Shown piece after piece: positions 1 through 14,548 of a stretch of 64,000 bases of DNA. Position numbers and translations under genes: made by a program. Within the stretch, counting starts at the first letter, position 1, and the number at the start of each line of letters is the position of its first letter. The notes under the pieces are model-generated. The model did not search any database. It saw nothing but the letters and a program-made list of their open reading frames with translations, and had not been told where the DNA came from. Origin of the DNA: the human T2T-CHM13v2.0 reference genome, Homo sapiens; assembly GCF_009914755.1 (NCBI RefSeq), contig NC_060934.1. One strand, given 5' to 3'.

Positions 1-949
1 CCAGCCCTGGGGTGGGAGCTCCCCTCCAGGTCTTGTTTATCCTTGGTGCTTCTGCCATCTCCAGTGCTCTCCCTGACCCCTGTCCCCTCCCTCCACAGCA
101 GCCATTTCCCTGGGGAAACCTCTCTGCCCATGCACAGCCCATGCCAGTCTCCACTCTTCCAGCAGCTGGCACTGGGCCAAGTGGTCATACATCTGAACCA
201 TGGCCATCCCCCTCATCTGTCCCTGGGCATGGGGAGTGGTCTGCTCATCATCCTAGCCTTAATGTAGCCCTTGGCCAGTATGTAGTACCTGTTCAGCGGT
301 GTTTGTTGAAGGAATGAATGAATCCTGCAGTGCTGTGTTGCAGTTGTCCACAGGCTTCCCAGGACTCCACCCCACTGGGCCTGTGTTTTGCTGTTCCTTG
401 AGTTATCTGCATGGATTGAGTGTGCACCGATGCTGTGGGACACGCCAGCCACACTGAGGTCTGGTGGGCAGTTTGGGGATGAGCAGGTCCCATCTTGACC
501 TCATCCTTCAGTTGGAGGGCCACCAGCCGCATGACGTTTTCTGTAAAATCCCGGGGTTGGGGTGGGGAAGTTCCGATTTCTTTCCTGCTCCCTTGGAGCT
601 TTGTGCAAAGCCTCAGTGAGACTGCTCACTGAATTGTATATATTTTAATGTTAATTCGTGCCTCATTTTACTGCCCCCTGCTTTGCACCGCCCTTCACAG
701 ACATGTGCAGACACCGAGGGGATGCAGAGAGGGCTGCAGCGGCCTTTCTGGAGAGAGAGACGGCAGCTGAGGCTGAAGGCCGGCTGGGGCAGCAGAGTGG
801 GGCTCTAAACTGTCTCTGCAGAGTCACCCCATGTTCAGCCTGCAGGGCAGGGAGGCTGCAGAACATTCTTTTCCAGGAGGGACGCAGGTTTATTGACCTT
901 CAGGTTCCTGGAACTCTGTGATAGATCCCACAGGCTGCAAAGTGTGGTG

Positions 950-1420
950 ACTTGCCCTCAGGGGGCTTCCAACTTAGAGAGAATGGGGAGGAGGAGAGGA
1001 TCCCTTTTGCTCTAGAAGGCTGTTAAAATTTCTGTCAAATGCTCTGGTAGAGGCAGGTTCAGAGGTCCAGGAGCACAGAGAGGAGGAATATTTTACCTTT
1101 CACTATAAGGGCTGGAGCTGGGGAGGCTTTGTGGAGGACATGACATAAGGCCAAGAAAGAGAGAAGATGACAACAGACAAAGGCCCCAGCAAAGGTGGAA
1201 GAGCCAGGGAGTAGTCCTATGTTGGGAGCACAGTGTCCCAGAGAGTGGCAGGAGGTAACTCCGGGTTGTAGCAGATAGGCTGGGGCCTTCAGTGCTTGCC
1301 TAAGGAGGCTGAACTTTCTCCTGTGAGTAAAAGAGGAACAGGTGAAGATATTCTACCTGACGGTGGAGTAATGGCTGCATGAAAGAGAGGAGACCTGCGG
1401 AGAACCATGGTGAGTTCATG
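950..1420 (-). mobile_element. L2 LINE fragment (ancient)
   Basis: Degenerate antisense L2 motifs (cttgccctcagggggcttccaacttag; gcctaaggaggctgaactttctcctg). Boundaries approximate. Confidence 0.5.
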
Positions 1421-1824
1421 CGCGAGGGTGGTCGAGGGCAGGATCTTAGGTCAGGAAAGAGCTTTGGGGAGCAGAGCGAAGGCTCCCCCTCACTCCAGAG
1501 TGAATGACTTGGGAGGAGGAGGAGGAGGCTATGCTGAGCAGATGCTGCAGTCTGAGCTCAGCCCCTCCCCGTGCCAAAAGACAAATGAAACTTTTATGAC
1601 TTCATCTTACTCAGAGACTCTGAATCTTTCAGTAGTAGTAGACACAATTTTTCCCCCGTCTGTCCCTGTGCCTTTTGTACAGATGCAAAAACATGAATCC
1701 AATTCATGCTCAAGAAAGGTTTGTTCAAGGAGCAGACAGATCCTATAACTTGCAAAATTGATGAGTTTGGGCTAACATCACTGGATTGCTGCTCTGAGAG
1801 TTCTAGAAATGCTATAAAAAGATA

Positions 1825-2040
1825 GCTTAGAAAAGTGGTGGAAACATAGGCTCTGGAGCCAGCCTTGCCTGAGTTCAATTCCCAGGTCTACCACTTAGCA
1901 ACTGTGTGACCTTGGGCAGTTACTCAGCCTCTGAGTACTTCAGCTCTTTCGTTTGTACAGAGCAACATAATAGTATCTGTCTCCTACAGTTGGTTCAGTG
2001 ATTAGAGCTGGGCCTAATCAGCACTGTGTATAGAAGTTGG
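1825..2040 (+). mobile_element. MIR SINE
   Basis: MIR-like sequence ggctctggagccag...gagttcaattcccagg...tgtgtgaccttgggcagttact. Confidence 0.85.
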
Positions 2041-2696
2041 TTTTTACTTTCGTTTGCTATTGCTGCAGAATTCAAGTGGTTCAATATTGATAAAACCAAG
2101 GTAACAAAGAGGAGTTGAAAAGAAAATAATTTAATCATAAATCCAGGCAAAAAGCTTGTATATAAAATTAAACATGAAAAAAAGTCTGGGCTAGTAAAAA
2201 CAGAGTTTCTGGCAGAAGCATTCTTTTCCATTGTAAATACCATGGTTATTAAGTCCTTGTGTGATTTTTTGGCATCTTTTCATTTTTGGAGGATATTTTT
2301 AATAGTTTTGTTTCCTTCTGACTACCCTTACATGACTTCATAGTGCTATGTAGGGGAAATTATGGGAGTAGAGAGGCCTTAATATAGAATATTAAATGCA
2401 TGGACTCAGAGTGTTTTAACAATGTTGTCACTGGAGTACTCAGAATGCTGTTTCTAGTGAGTTTTTGCCACACTTACAAGTTGTGACATTTTCCAAGAAA
2501 AATACTACATTTTAGAAAGTCATACGGAAGGAGTCATGATTTGGATTATATTTTACATTATATTATATGTGTCTTTTGTTTTTGTAACTTTATTTACTAA
2601 CTCTGACTTTTATAATAAAGAAATTTTAGCGCACAATGAGAATATCTGGCATATTTGGAAGGCTGCATTTGGTAAGCCATTTTGGACTACTTAGAG

Positions 2697-3021
2697 CAGG
2701 GGTCTGCAACCTATGGGCTGATACTGGTCTGTGGCCTGTTAGGAACTGGGATGCTACAGCACGAGGTGAGTGGTGAGTGAGCATTGCTGCATGAGCTCTG
2801 CTTCCTGTCAGATCAGTAGTGGCATTAGATTCTCATAGGAGCATGAACCCTACTGTGAACTGCACATATGAGGGTTCTAGGCTGCACGTTCTTTATAAGA
2901 ATCTAACTAATGCCTGATGATCTGAGGTGGAACTGTTTCATCCTGACCCATACACCCTGCCTGTGGAAAAATTGTCTTCCATGAAACTGGTCCCTGGTGC
3001 CAAAAAGGTTGGGGACTGCTG
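2697..3021. mobile_element. MER1B hAT-Charlie non-autonomous DNA transposon
   Basis: TIRs caggggtctgcaacc / ggttggggactgctg; degenerate 8-bp TSD acttagag (2689-2696) / gcttagtg (3022-3029); internal gcattagattctcataggagcatgaaccc typical of MER1. Confidence 0.9.
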
Positions 3022-3345
3022 GCTTAGTGTAATTGTGACATAAACAAAGAACATTATTCCTGTGATTTTATTTAAAATGTCTGGCTCTCATATCACTGTG
3101 AATATGGTCTATTCAGACTATGAAAGAGTTAAGGTTAACATGAGATTGAAAATTTACTTCATTATAAAAGTTGGCTATGTTTACCTGCTTTCTATGAAAA
3201 AACTCAAATTAACCAAATATATGATTCCAAATATCTAGGCAATGCCCTTAGGTATGCAAAAGTGGATTTTTATAATTGCCTTACTCTTGGTTGGAACTGT
3301 GTAGACACATCTTTGCCTTGTCTACAATTCCACCCAGTGACAATG

Positions 3346-3649
3346 TTATTTATTTTATTTTATTTTTGAGACAGAGTCTCACTCTGTTATCCAGGCTGGA
3401 GTGCAGTGGCACGACCTTGGCTCACTGCAACCTCTGCCTCCCAGGTTCAAGCAATTCTCGTGCCTCAGCCTCCAAGTAGCTGGGATTACAGGTGAGCGCC
3501 ACTGTGCCCGGCTACTCTTTGTATTTTTAGTAGTGGCAGGTTTTCACTATGTTGCCCAGGCTGGTCTCAAACTCCTGGACTCAAGTGATCTGCCCGCCTC
3601 AGCCTCCCAAAGTGCTGGGATTACAGTTGTGAGCCATAGTGCCTGGTCC
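3346..3649 (-). mobile_element. Alu (AluSx/Sz/Jb-like)
   Basis: (TTTTA)n tail followed by a full antisense Alu dimer ending gcctggtcc. Confidence 0.95.
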
Positions 3650-4419
3650 CACTCTCAATTTTAAAGGGCTGTAAGTACTTTCGGGCAAGCACTATGCTGA
3701 AAGTTTTGTTCCAAATGCTATTGTTAATCTACTTTTCACCAATCTGATCTGCTCCATTAGCTTCAAAAGACACTTTTTTGTTTGTTTGGGTTTGCCTTTG
3801 ATGGCCTTCTGCCTGCCACAAGCAATCCTCTAGAATATGGGCCTGTGCTTGGCTTTTCTACCCAAACATGAACAACCTTAAATTACTGGGCGACATTCAT
3901 CGCCTCCTGCCAACTAGAGAGAGAGGCCCGTCCTGGTGAGAGTGGGACCTTGAGCTCCTCTCGGCCTTGCTTGGGCCTTGGTCCAGGAGGTTATGGGAAG
4001 AAACTGGTTTAGAAGCTGACCTCATGGGTTCGCTATTCTTATGTAACACTTAGGAAGAGCAGAGACCCACGCGGTTCAGTCCCAGAGCAATGTTGTGGTC
4101 AAGAGAACACAGTCCAGCTACCAATAGTTATTTCAAAATAATTCAAGCTCTTTGTTTATATTTTTTTAAAAAAGAAAAAAGACAAAAAAAGGAAGGGGTG
4201 GCCGAGCTGGAAACCTGGCTTTAAGTCCCCTTTGTTTCCCTTCAGGGGGCCCCTCAGGTGGGCGCCTGCTTGGAAACCTCTCCACCCTTCCAAACACCCC
4301 TTTCCTACCTGAATGTTCATTTGCTGATCCAGATTCTGAATAAATGAAGTCGCACAGAATCTACCTGGCAGAAAGGAAACTGCCTGGAGGCCAGAGCTGA
4401 GGGGAGGCCCAGAGCAGAG

Positions 4420-5300
4420 CGGGCGCGTGACTCCGCAGTGAGCAGGGAGGGCAGGCTGGGGACGTTCACCACCCAGAGCGCCTCTGCTCCCGGCAGCCCT
4501 GAGACTCCAGGCTCCCCTGTTCCTCCCTCCCAGAGACCCTGCCGGTCCTCCCCGCCGGGCTCCCTCGCAGCTCGCAGCTCGCAGCTCGGGGAAAGGGCGG
4601 GCTGCGCCCTCAGGACCTTTCTCAGCAGCCACAGCAGCGCATCCCAGCACCTCCTCCAGGAGCCCCGCCATCTCCTGCCACCCGGACTTTCCCCACAGCG
4701 CAGCATCCCCTAGTCCCTTCAGGGCTGGAACAGTGGTACCCGCAGACGGTGCAATAGGGAAGTCCCTGTTGCCTTTCCATGGAAGCTGTAGGGCGCTTAG
4801 AGCTGCTGGGGGAGGAAAAGAAAGAAGAAGAAGAAATACAGTAAGTGTGATATGGGTACAAAGAAACGAACATGCAGCTTCCGTGTGCCTAGACAGGAGC
4901 CCTGGGACATGTGCACTGGGCCTGCGTCATCGCCTGCCTTCAGCGGGCTCCAGACCTTCCAGAGGCCCCCCTCACCACCCGCGGCCCTCCTGAGGCTCCC
5001 CTCACCCCCACCCACCTCCGAGGCCCTCCCGAGGCTCCCGGGCTCGCGCTCCTCTGAGTTGCCTGCGGCTGACTCCAGGTGTGGCCTGGGTCTAGTGTCT
5101 GGGGGGGGTCGTTCCCAACGAAGGGGAAGAAGGCTTTTCGTGAGCATGTAAGGAGTACATCCTCATTTTGCCTTCTCAATCTGTTCACCCAGCGCCTGTG
5201 ACCTGGACCCAGCGCGCGACTCACAGACCCCGGCTCTGGGCACCCCTGGTGAGTGCCTTCTGCCCCAGAGCTCCACACAGCACCAGCCTGCACGCTCCCC
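4420..5300. promoter_or_regulatory. CpG-rich island / candidate promoter
   Basis: High GC and dense CpGs relative to the rest of the window; GC boxes (gggcgg 4595-4600, ccccgcc near 4550 and 4663); (CTCGCAG)x3 at about 4564-4588; not repeat-derived. Confidence 0.7.
4600..4840 (+). ncRNA. Candidate first exon of an unidentified (probably lncRNA) transcript
   Basis: Consensus donor ACA|GTAAGT (GT at 4841) inside the CpG island, preceded by a purine-rich GAAGAAGAA enhancer-like tract. The transcription start is not determinable, so the 5' coordinate is nominal. Confidence 0.4.
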
Positions 5301-6316
5301 CAGCTTCAGTTCATTTGCTGCTGTCCTGACAGGTCAGTCGCTTGAGCATCCATGCTGCCAGGTGACAAACCCAGTCACGCAGAGGTGTACATCCTTTAGC
5401 CAGGGTGACACGATGTGGAGCTGAATCCAAGTCCGGGAGTCTGGTGACCGTATCTGGGCTCTGACCGCGCAGCTGTCTCACAGTGAAACAAATTGGGGAC
5501 TGGCCTTGTCCTGAGTGTCCTTAGGACGGTGCAGTGGCCTGCAGCCTCCTGTCCAGTCCCCACCATTGACAAGTGCATCGATGTCCCACAGCTGTGCCAC
5601 TAGAGGCTGTTTGACTGTGGTAGTTTCACATGTATCTGCTTAGTCCTCTTTTGCCAGACTTTACGCTTTGTGTGCCAGTTCCAATTTAGGTAAAAATTCT
5701 GGATATTCTCGGTTATCCCACGTGGAGGAAGGACTGAGCAAACTCACATCCATCACCCTGACCAGGGCCTGAGAGCAGCAGCCTCTCCGCGGGCAACTCT
5801 GTTACTAGGACTCTGGGCGTGAGGGGAAGCGGAGGGGGCAGCTCTGTTACTAAGAGTTAGGGATCCCAGCGGAGCTCCACTGTAAGTGAATGTCTAGTTC
5901 GACTATATTTTCTTGTAGAATCATTAACTCCAAAAGAATTGAATTGAATGATGTACGATTCACAAACACACGACTTTACCATCTCACCAGAAACACTCTT
6001 ACCACAAGGACACTAAGTTGATTCTGTAAAATGTGGGAAATACAATGCACCTCGAAGCCTTGCAGGCTCCTGTTTTTCTTTCCTTTTCTCTTTTTTTAGG
6101 ATTAGAATGAGTACATGTAAAGTGCTTAGTGTAGGAGCTGGCAGAGAGGGTAGACACTCAATAAATAGCAGCAATCGTAAGTGTACAAAGCGGGTCATGT
6201 GCCTGGCATTGCCCCTCACCCCTGCCTCCCATTCTAAGCAGCCTGTTGAGCACTTGGTAATTCCTCACTTGAAAGAGATTATAAAGAGGTTTTTTTTTTG
6301 GTTTATATTTTAAAAG

Positions 6317-6527
6317 ATTTTTTTATTGTGGTAAGATGTACATAATGTAAAGTTTGTACATTCACGTTGTTGTACAACATCATCACCATCTATCTCCAGA
6401 ACTTTTCCATCATCTCAGACAGAAACTCTGTCCCCATTAAACACAGACTCCCCATTCTCTCCCATCCCTAGACCCTGGTAACTACCAATTCTACTTTCTG
6501 TCTCTCTGAGTTTGAGTACTCTAGGTA
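6317..6527 (-). mobile_element. L1M (L1MB-like) 3' end fragment
   Basis: ttttattgtggtaaga...caccatctatctccagaacttttccatc...ctactttctgtctct matches an antisense L1MB 3' UTR. Confidence 0.85.
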
Positions 6528-7239
6528 TAGGCTATAAAGAGTTTTGATCAACACAAACCATAATAAAACTTAAACCTATAGAATTTAAGTAAAGAGTTGG
6601 TTTCTCCCATGTCTTCACACAGCTATCTCCCTTCACAAAAGTTTCTAAATCAAAGAAGGAAAGTAGGGACTCCGTGTCTCGGGTCTGCAAGACTTTCCCA
6701 GCTGTGAGATCGCTCACCAGCCCACCTTGAGACTCTTAGCTTCAGATCTTCCACTGTTCCACTATCTCCTCCCAGCTCTTGCTGCTTGTCCAGATGCTGC
6801 AGGATCAGCCGTGTCCCAAACTTGGTCCCACTGGGAAAAGGTGCTCAGTTTTTCCCAGCATTGCTACCATTTGCTTTTTCTGTTATTCCTCCCACAGGAC
6901 ATAAGCATGTACTCTCTGGGTAACAGAATGTTATTTCACATTGTCCTCAGTTAAACCCTGGTCAGTGCTTCCCTGGAAGTGACCAATGAATTCATCCAAG
7001 GACCAACTATCAGAAATAGACTTGCTAGAAATCATCATTTATGATTCAATTTCCAAGCAAATCAGGAATTGTGGATCAAGAGTGTGTCCAAAGTGTGGTG
7101 TTGAATTGTTACAGTCAGGTCAGACCTCTCATCTGATGCCTTATGTAATATTATTCCTAGTATTTGCCTGAGAATGGAAGCTTTCCACTTAGTCACAGGA
7201 GTCAGACTTCCACCTCCCCCTGTACTTTGTAGCAAAGGC

Positions 7240-7295
7240 AGAAAGAAAGAAGGAGGAAGAAAGGAAGAAGGAAAAGAAGGAAGGAAGAGAAAAAG
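7240..7295. repeat. GAA/GGAA-rich low-complexity tract
   Basis: agaaagaaagaaggaggaagaaaggaagaaggaaaagaaggaaggaagag. Confidence 0.85.
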
Positions 7296-7629
7296 ATGCC
7301 TTATGGCAAAATCCAGTGATGAGATTTCCATTTTTGGCAATAGCCGGAAAAACCAAACCAGTGTAGAACATCTAACAATGCTGGATAGAATATTTAAAAT
7401 AAATCTTTAAAAATGAGTGGTTAATCATATGTGAAAATAAAGAATGTCCCAAAAGCCTGGAAGTGATAAAGAGGTTCAAAGCTGGAAACAGTAAGTGAAA
7501 CTGGAAAGATAAGAAATTGTCATCCAGTTTTTGTCCTGGGAGTAGGGTGGAGGACAGGCAATTAATATCCTCTTTAAAGGGAGGGATCTGGAGCTGGGCT
7601 TTTTACAGGTTCTGGAATCTAGAGCTGGG

Positions 7630-7826
7630 ATGTGTTTGGCCTGTAAGCCAAACGCAGCCTACTACCTGATTTTGTAAAGTTTCATTGAAACACAGCCATG
7701 CCTTTCCTTATCATATTATCTGTAGTTGTTTTTGCAAAACAAGGGCAGAGTTGAATAGTTGCAGCCATATGGACCACAGAAGAGAAAAAATTTACTATCT
7801 GGCCCTCTATAGAAAAAGCTGACTGT
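7630..7826. mobile_element. MER58A-like hAT-Charlie element
   Basis: tttgtaaagtttcattgaaacacagccatg...ggcagagttgaatagttgc...tttactatctggccctctatagaaaaag. Confidence 0.8.
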
Positions 7827-7899
7827 GATTCTTGAGTAACACAGTAGGGAAAGACACTTGCCTGACTTGGTTTTGTATTTAAGTGGAGGGAGGGAATAA

Positions 7900-8300
7900 A
7901 GGGAAAAAATAATCAATCCTTAGGATAAAAAAATTCAATAAAACTGAGAGAAGACATTACAAACAAACCAAACCAATGCCAAAAGTGAAAGAGGGCACAA
8001 TTACAAATAGAATTGAGATTCAAAAGGTAATAAAATAGAATATACTGAACAACATTATGGCAATCAATCTGGAATCAGGTGAAGTAGAAATATTTACAGG
8101 AAATATAAATTACCAAAACTGACTCCAGAAGAAATAGTAAGCCTGAATCATCCTATGTTTATGAAAAACATGAATCCTTAGTTAAAAAAATCTGTCCTTA
8201 AGGAAAACACCAGGCTCAGTTAGTTTTATATGCCAGTTTGAATACTCAGAGCTGAAAATTCCAATCTTACATAAAGTCTTTGAGAGTTTCACAGTAAGAC
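7900..8300 (+). mobile_element. Ancient L1M ORF2 fragment
   Basis: A-rich; ttaccaaaactgactccagaagaaatag resembles the L1 ORF2 LP(K/R)L..EE region. Confidence 0.65.
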
Positions 8301-8309
8301 TAGAGAACA

Positions 8310-9960
<1,651 letters not shown>

Positions 9961-10077
9961 AAAGAGAAATAAGATTGGAGTGAAATAATTAGAAATATAA
10001 TTACTCATAGATACATTATTGTCTATATGCTAAATGCCACAGAATGTACAATGGAATCATTAAATTGATAAAATATG

Positions 10078-13000
10078 TATCTGTTGTTTCCTGACTTTTT
10101 AATGATTGCCATTCCAACTGGCGTGAGATGTATCTCACTGTGGTTTTGATTTGCATTTCTCTAATGACCAGTAATGATGAGCTTTTTTTCATATGTTTGT
10201 TGGCCACATAAATGTCTTCTTTTGAGAAGTGTCTGTTCATATCCTTTGCCCACTTTTTGATGGGGTTGCTTGTTTTTTTCTTGTAAATTTGTTTAAGTTC
10301 TTTGTAGATTCTGGATATTGGCCCTTTGTCAGATGGATAGATTATAAAAATTTTCTCCCATTCTGTAGGGTGTCTGTTCACTCCGATAATAGTTTCTTTT
10401 GCTGTGCAGAAGCTCTTTAGTTTAATTAGATCCCATTTGTCAATTTTGGATTTTGTTGCCGTTGCTTTTGGTATTTTAGTCATGAAGTCTTTGCCTATGC
10501 CTATGTCCTGAATGGTATTGCCTAGGTTTTCTTCTAGGATTTTTACAGTTTTAGGTCTTATGTTTAAGTCTTTAACCCATCTTGAGTTAATTTTTGTATA
10601 AGATGTAAGGGAGGGGTCCAGTTTCAGTTTTCTGCGTATGGCTAGCCAGTTTTCCCAGCACCATTTATTAAATAGGGAATCCTTTCCCCATTTCTTGTTT
10701 TTGTCAGGTTTGTCAAAGATCAGATGGTTGTAGATGTGTGACATATTTTCTGAGGCCTCTGTTCTGTTCCATTGGTCTATATATCTGTTTTGGTACCAGT
10801 ACCATGCTAGTTTTGGTTACTGTAGCCTTGTAGTATAGTTCGAAGTCAGGTAATGTGGTGCCTCCTGCTTTGTTCTTTTTGCTTAGGATTGTCTTGGCAA
10901 TGCAGGCTCTTTTTTGGTTCCATATGAAATTTAAAGTAGTTTTTTCTAATTCTGTGAAGAAAGTCCATGGTAGCTTGATGGGCATAGCATTGAATCTATA
11001 AATTACTTTGGCAGTATGGCCATTTTCACAATATTGATTCTTCCTATCCATGAGCATGGAATGTTTTTCCATTTGTCTGTGTACTCTCTTATTTATTTGA
11101 GCAGTGGTTTGTAGTTCTCCTTGAAGAGGTCCCTCACATCCTTTGTAAGTTGTATTCCTAGGTATTTTATTGTCTTTGTAGCAATTGTGAATGGCAGTTC
11201 ACTCATGATTTGGCTCTCTGTTTGTGTATATTATTATTAATGTACTATTACATTATTAGTGTATAGGAATGTTTGTGATTTTTGCACACTGATTTTGTAT
11301 CCTGAGACTTTGCTGAAGTTGCTTATCAGCTTAAGGAAATTTTGGGCTGAGATGATGGGGTTTTCTAAATAAACAATCATGTCATCTGCAAACAGAGACA
11401 ATTCGACTTCCTCTCTTCCTATTTGAATACATTTATTTCTTTCTCTTGACTGATTGCCCTGGCCAGAACTTCCAATATTATGTTGCATAAGAGTGGTGAG
11501 AAAGGGCATCCTTGTCTTGTGCTGGTTTTCAAAGGGAATGCTTCCAGCTTTTGCCTATTCAGTATGATACTGGCTGTGGGTTTGTCATAAATAGCTCTTA
11601 TTATTTTGAGATACATTCCATCAATACCTAGTTTATTGAGAGTTTTTAGCATGAAGGGGTGTTGAATTTTATTGACGGACTTCTCTGCATTTATTGAGAT
11701 AATCGTGTGGTTTTTGTCATTGGCTCTGTTTATGTGATGGATTACGTTTATTGATTATGTTAAGTGGAACCAGCCTTGCATCCCAGGGATGAAGCTGACT
11801 TGATCATGGTGGATAAGCTTTTTCATGTGCTGCTGGATTCGGTTTGCCAGTATTGTATTGAGGATTTTCACATTGATGTTCTTCAGGTATATTGGCCTGA
11901 AATTTTCTTTTTTTGTTGTGTCTCTGCCAGGTTTTGGTATCAGGATGATGCTGGCCTCATAAAATGAGTTAGGGAGGAGTTCCTCTTTTTTTCTTGTTTG
12001 GAATAGTTTCAGAAGGAATGGTACCAGCTCCTCTTTGTACTGCTGGTAGAATTCGGCTGTGAATCCGTCTGATCCTGAGCTTTTTTGGGTTGGTAGGCTA
12101 TTAATTACTGCCTCAATTTCAGAACTTGTTATTGGTTTATTCAGGGATTCAACTTCTTCCTGGTTTAGTCTTGGGAGGGTGTAGGTGTCCAGGAATTTAT
12201 CCATTTCTTCTGGATTTTCTAGTTTATTTGTGTAGAGGTGTTTATAGTGTTCTCTGATGGTAGTTGGTATTTCTGTGGGATCAGTGGTGATCTCTCCTTT
12301 ATCATTTTTTATTGTGTCTATTTGATTCTTCTCTCTTTTCTTCTGTATTAGCCTGGCTAGCGGTCTATTTTGTTAATCTTTTCAAAAAACCAGCTCCTGG
12401 ATTTATTGGTTTTTTTGAAGGGTTTTTTGTGTCTCTATCTCCTTCAGTTCTGCTCTCATCTTAGTTAATTCTTGCCTTCTGTTAGCTTTTGAATTTGTTT
12501 GCTCTTACTTCTCTAGTTCTTTTAATTGTGATGTTGGGGTGTCGATTTTAGATCTTTCTTGCTTTCTCCTGTGGGTATGTAGTGCTATAAATGTCCCTCT
12601 AAACACCGCTTTAGCTATGTCCCAGAGATTCTGGTACATTGTGTGTTTATTCTCATTGTTTCAAATAACTTACTTGTTTCTGCCTTAATTTCGTTATTTA
12701 CCCAGTAGTCATTCAGGAGCAGGTTGTTCAGTTTCCATGTAAATGTGCGGTTTTGAGTGAGTTTCTTAATCCTGAGTTCTAACTTGATTGCACCGTGGTC
12801 TGAGAGACTGTTTGTTATGATTTCCTTTCTTTTGCCTTTGCTGAGGAGGGTTTTACTACCAATTATATGGTCAATTTTAGAATAAGTGCTATGTGATGCT
12901 GAGAAGAATGTATATTCTGTTGATTTGGGGGTGGAGAGTTCTGTAGATGTCTGTTAGGTCCACTTGGTCCAGAGCTGAGTGCAAGTCCTGAATATCTTTG

Positions 13001-13488
13001 TTAATTTTCTATCTCGTTGCTCTGTCTAATATTGATAGTGGGGTGGTAAAGTCTCCCACTATTATTTTGTGGGAGTCTAAGTCTCTTTGTAGGTCTCTAA
13101 GAACTTGCTTTATGAATCTGGGTGCTCCTGCATTGGGTGCATATATATTTAGGATAGTTAGCTCTTCTTGTTGCATTGATCCCTTTACTATTATGTAATG
13201 CCCTTCTTTGTCTTTTTTGATCTTTGTTGGTTTAAAGTCTGTTTTATCAGAGACTAGGATTGCAACCCATGCTTTTTTTTTTTGCTTTCCATTTGCTTGG
13301 TAAATATTCATCCATCCCTTTATTTTGAGCCTATGTGTATCTTTGTAAGTGAGATGGGTCTTCTGAATACAGCACACCAACGGGTCTTGACACTTTATCC
13401 AGTTTGCCAGTCTGTGTCTTTTAATTGCAGCATTTAGCCCATTTACATTTAAGGTTAATATTGTTATGTGTGAATTGGATCCTGTCAT
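10078..13488 (-). pseudogene. Disrupted L1 ORF2 (endonuclease / reverse transcriptase)
   Basis: ORF-track pieces MTGSNSHITILTLNVNGLN (EN), RPIYLKNI...[30 protein letters not shown] (RT) and [15 protein letters not shown] lie in several frames. Confidence 0.95.
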
Positions 13489-13551
13489 TATGATGCTAGC
13501 TGGTTATTTTGTCTGTTAGTTGATGCAGTTTCTTTATAGTGTCAGTGGTCT

Positions 13552-14548
13552 TTACAATTTGTTTTTGCAGTGGTTGGTACCAGTCGTTCCTTTACGTGTT
13601 TAGTGCTTCCTTCAGGAGCTCTTGTAAGGCAGGCCTGGTGGTTACAAAATCTCTCAACATTTGTTTGTCTGTAAAGGATTTTATTTCTCCTTCATGTATG
13701 AAGCTTAGTTTGGCTGGAAATGAAATTCTGCGTTGAAAATTGTTTTCTTTAAGAATGTTGAATGTTGGCCCCCACTCTCTTCTGGCTTGTGGAGTTTCTG
13801 CCAAAAGATCTGCTGTTAGTCTGATTGGTTTCCCTTTGTGAGTAACTCGACCTTTCTCTCTGGCTGCCCTTAACATTTTTTCCTTCATTTCAACCTTGGT
13901 TAATCTGACAATTATGTGTCTTGGGGTTACTCTTCACAAGCAGTATCTTCGTGGTGTTCTCTGTATTTCCTGATTTGAATGTTGGCCTGCCTTGCTAGGT
14001 TGGGGAAGTTCTCCTGGATAATATCCTGAAGAGTGTTTTCCAACTTGATTCCATTCTCCCTGTCACTTTCAAGTACACCAATCAAACCTAGGTTTGGTCT
14101 TTTCACATAGTTCCATATTTCTTGGAGGCTTTGTTCATTCCTTCTCATTCTTTTATCTCTAATCTTGTCTTCAAGCTTTATTTCATTAAGTTGATCTTCA
14201 GTCTCTGATATCCTTTCTTCTGCTTGATCGATTCTGCTATTGATACTTGTGTATGCTTCACGAAGTTCTTGTGCTCTGTTTTTCAGCTCCATCAGGTCAT
14301 TTATGTTCTTCTCTAAACTAGTTTTTCTAGTTAGCAATGTCTCTAACCTTTTTCCAAGTTTCTTAGCTTCCTTGCATTGGTTTAGAACATATTCCTTTAG
14401 CTCAGAGGAAGCCTACTTCTGTCAATTCATCAAACTCATTCTCCGTCCAGTTTTGTTCTCTTGCTGGTGAGGAGTTGTGATCCTTTGAAGGAGAATAGGA
14501 GTTCTGGTTTTTGGAATTTTCAGACTTTTTGTGCTGGTTTTTCCTCAT
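13552..14548 (-). pseudogene. Disrupted L1 ORF1p
   Basis: Fragments NEQSLQEIWNYVKRPNL, ENFPNLARQ and KEKMLRAAREKGRVTHKGKPIRLTADL are split across frames. Confidence 0.93.

Noticed and set aside
3276-3664. Alu-derived ORFs (also near 9037, 20070, 35769, 54421, 56223)
   Set aside because: Standard Alu translation artefacts.
4156-5293. Multiple 80-171 aa ORFs across the CpG island
   Set aside because: Stop-codon depletion from high GC content; low-complexity Pro/Gly/Arg/Ser products.
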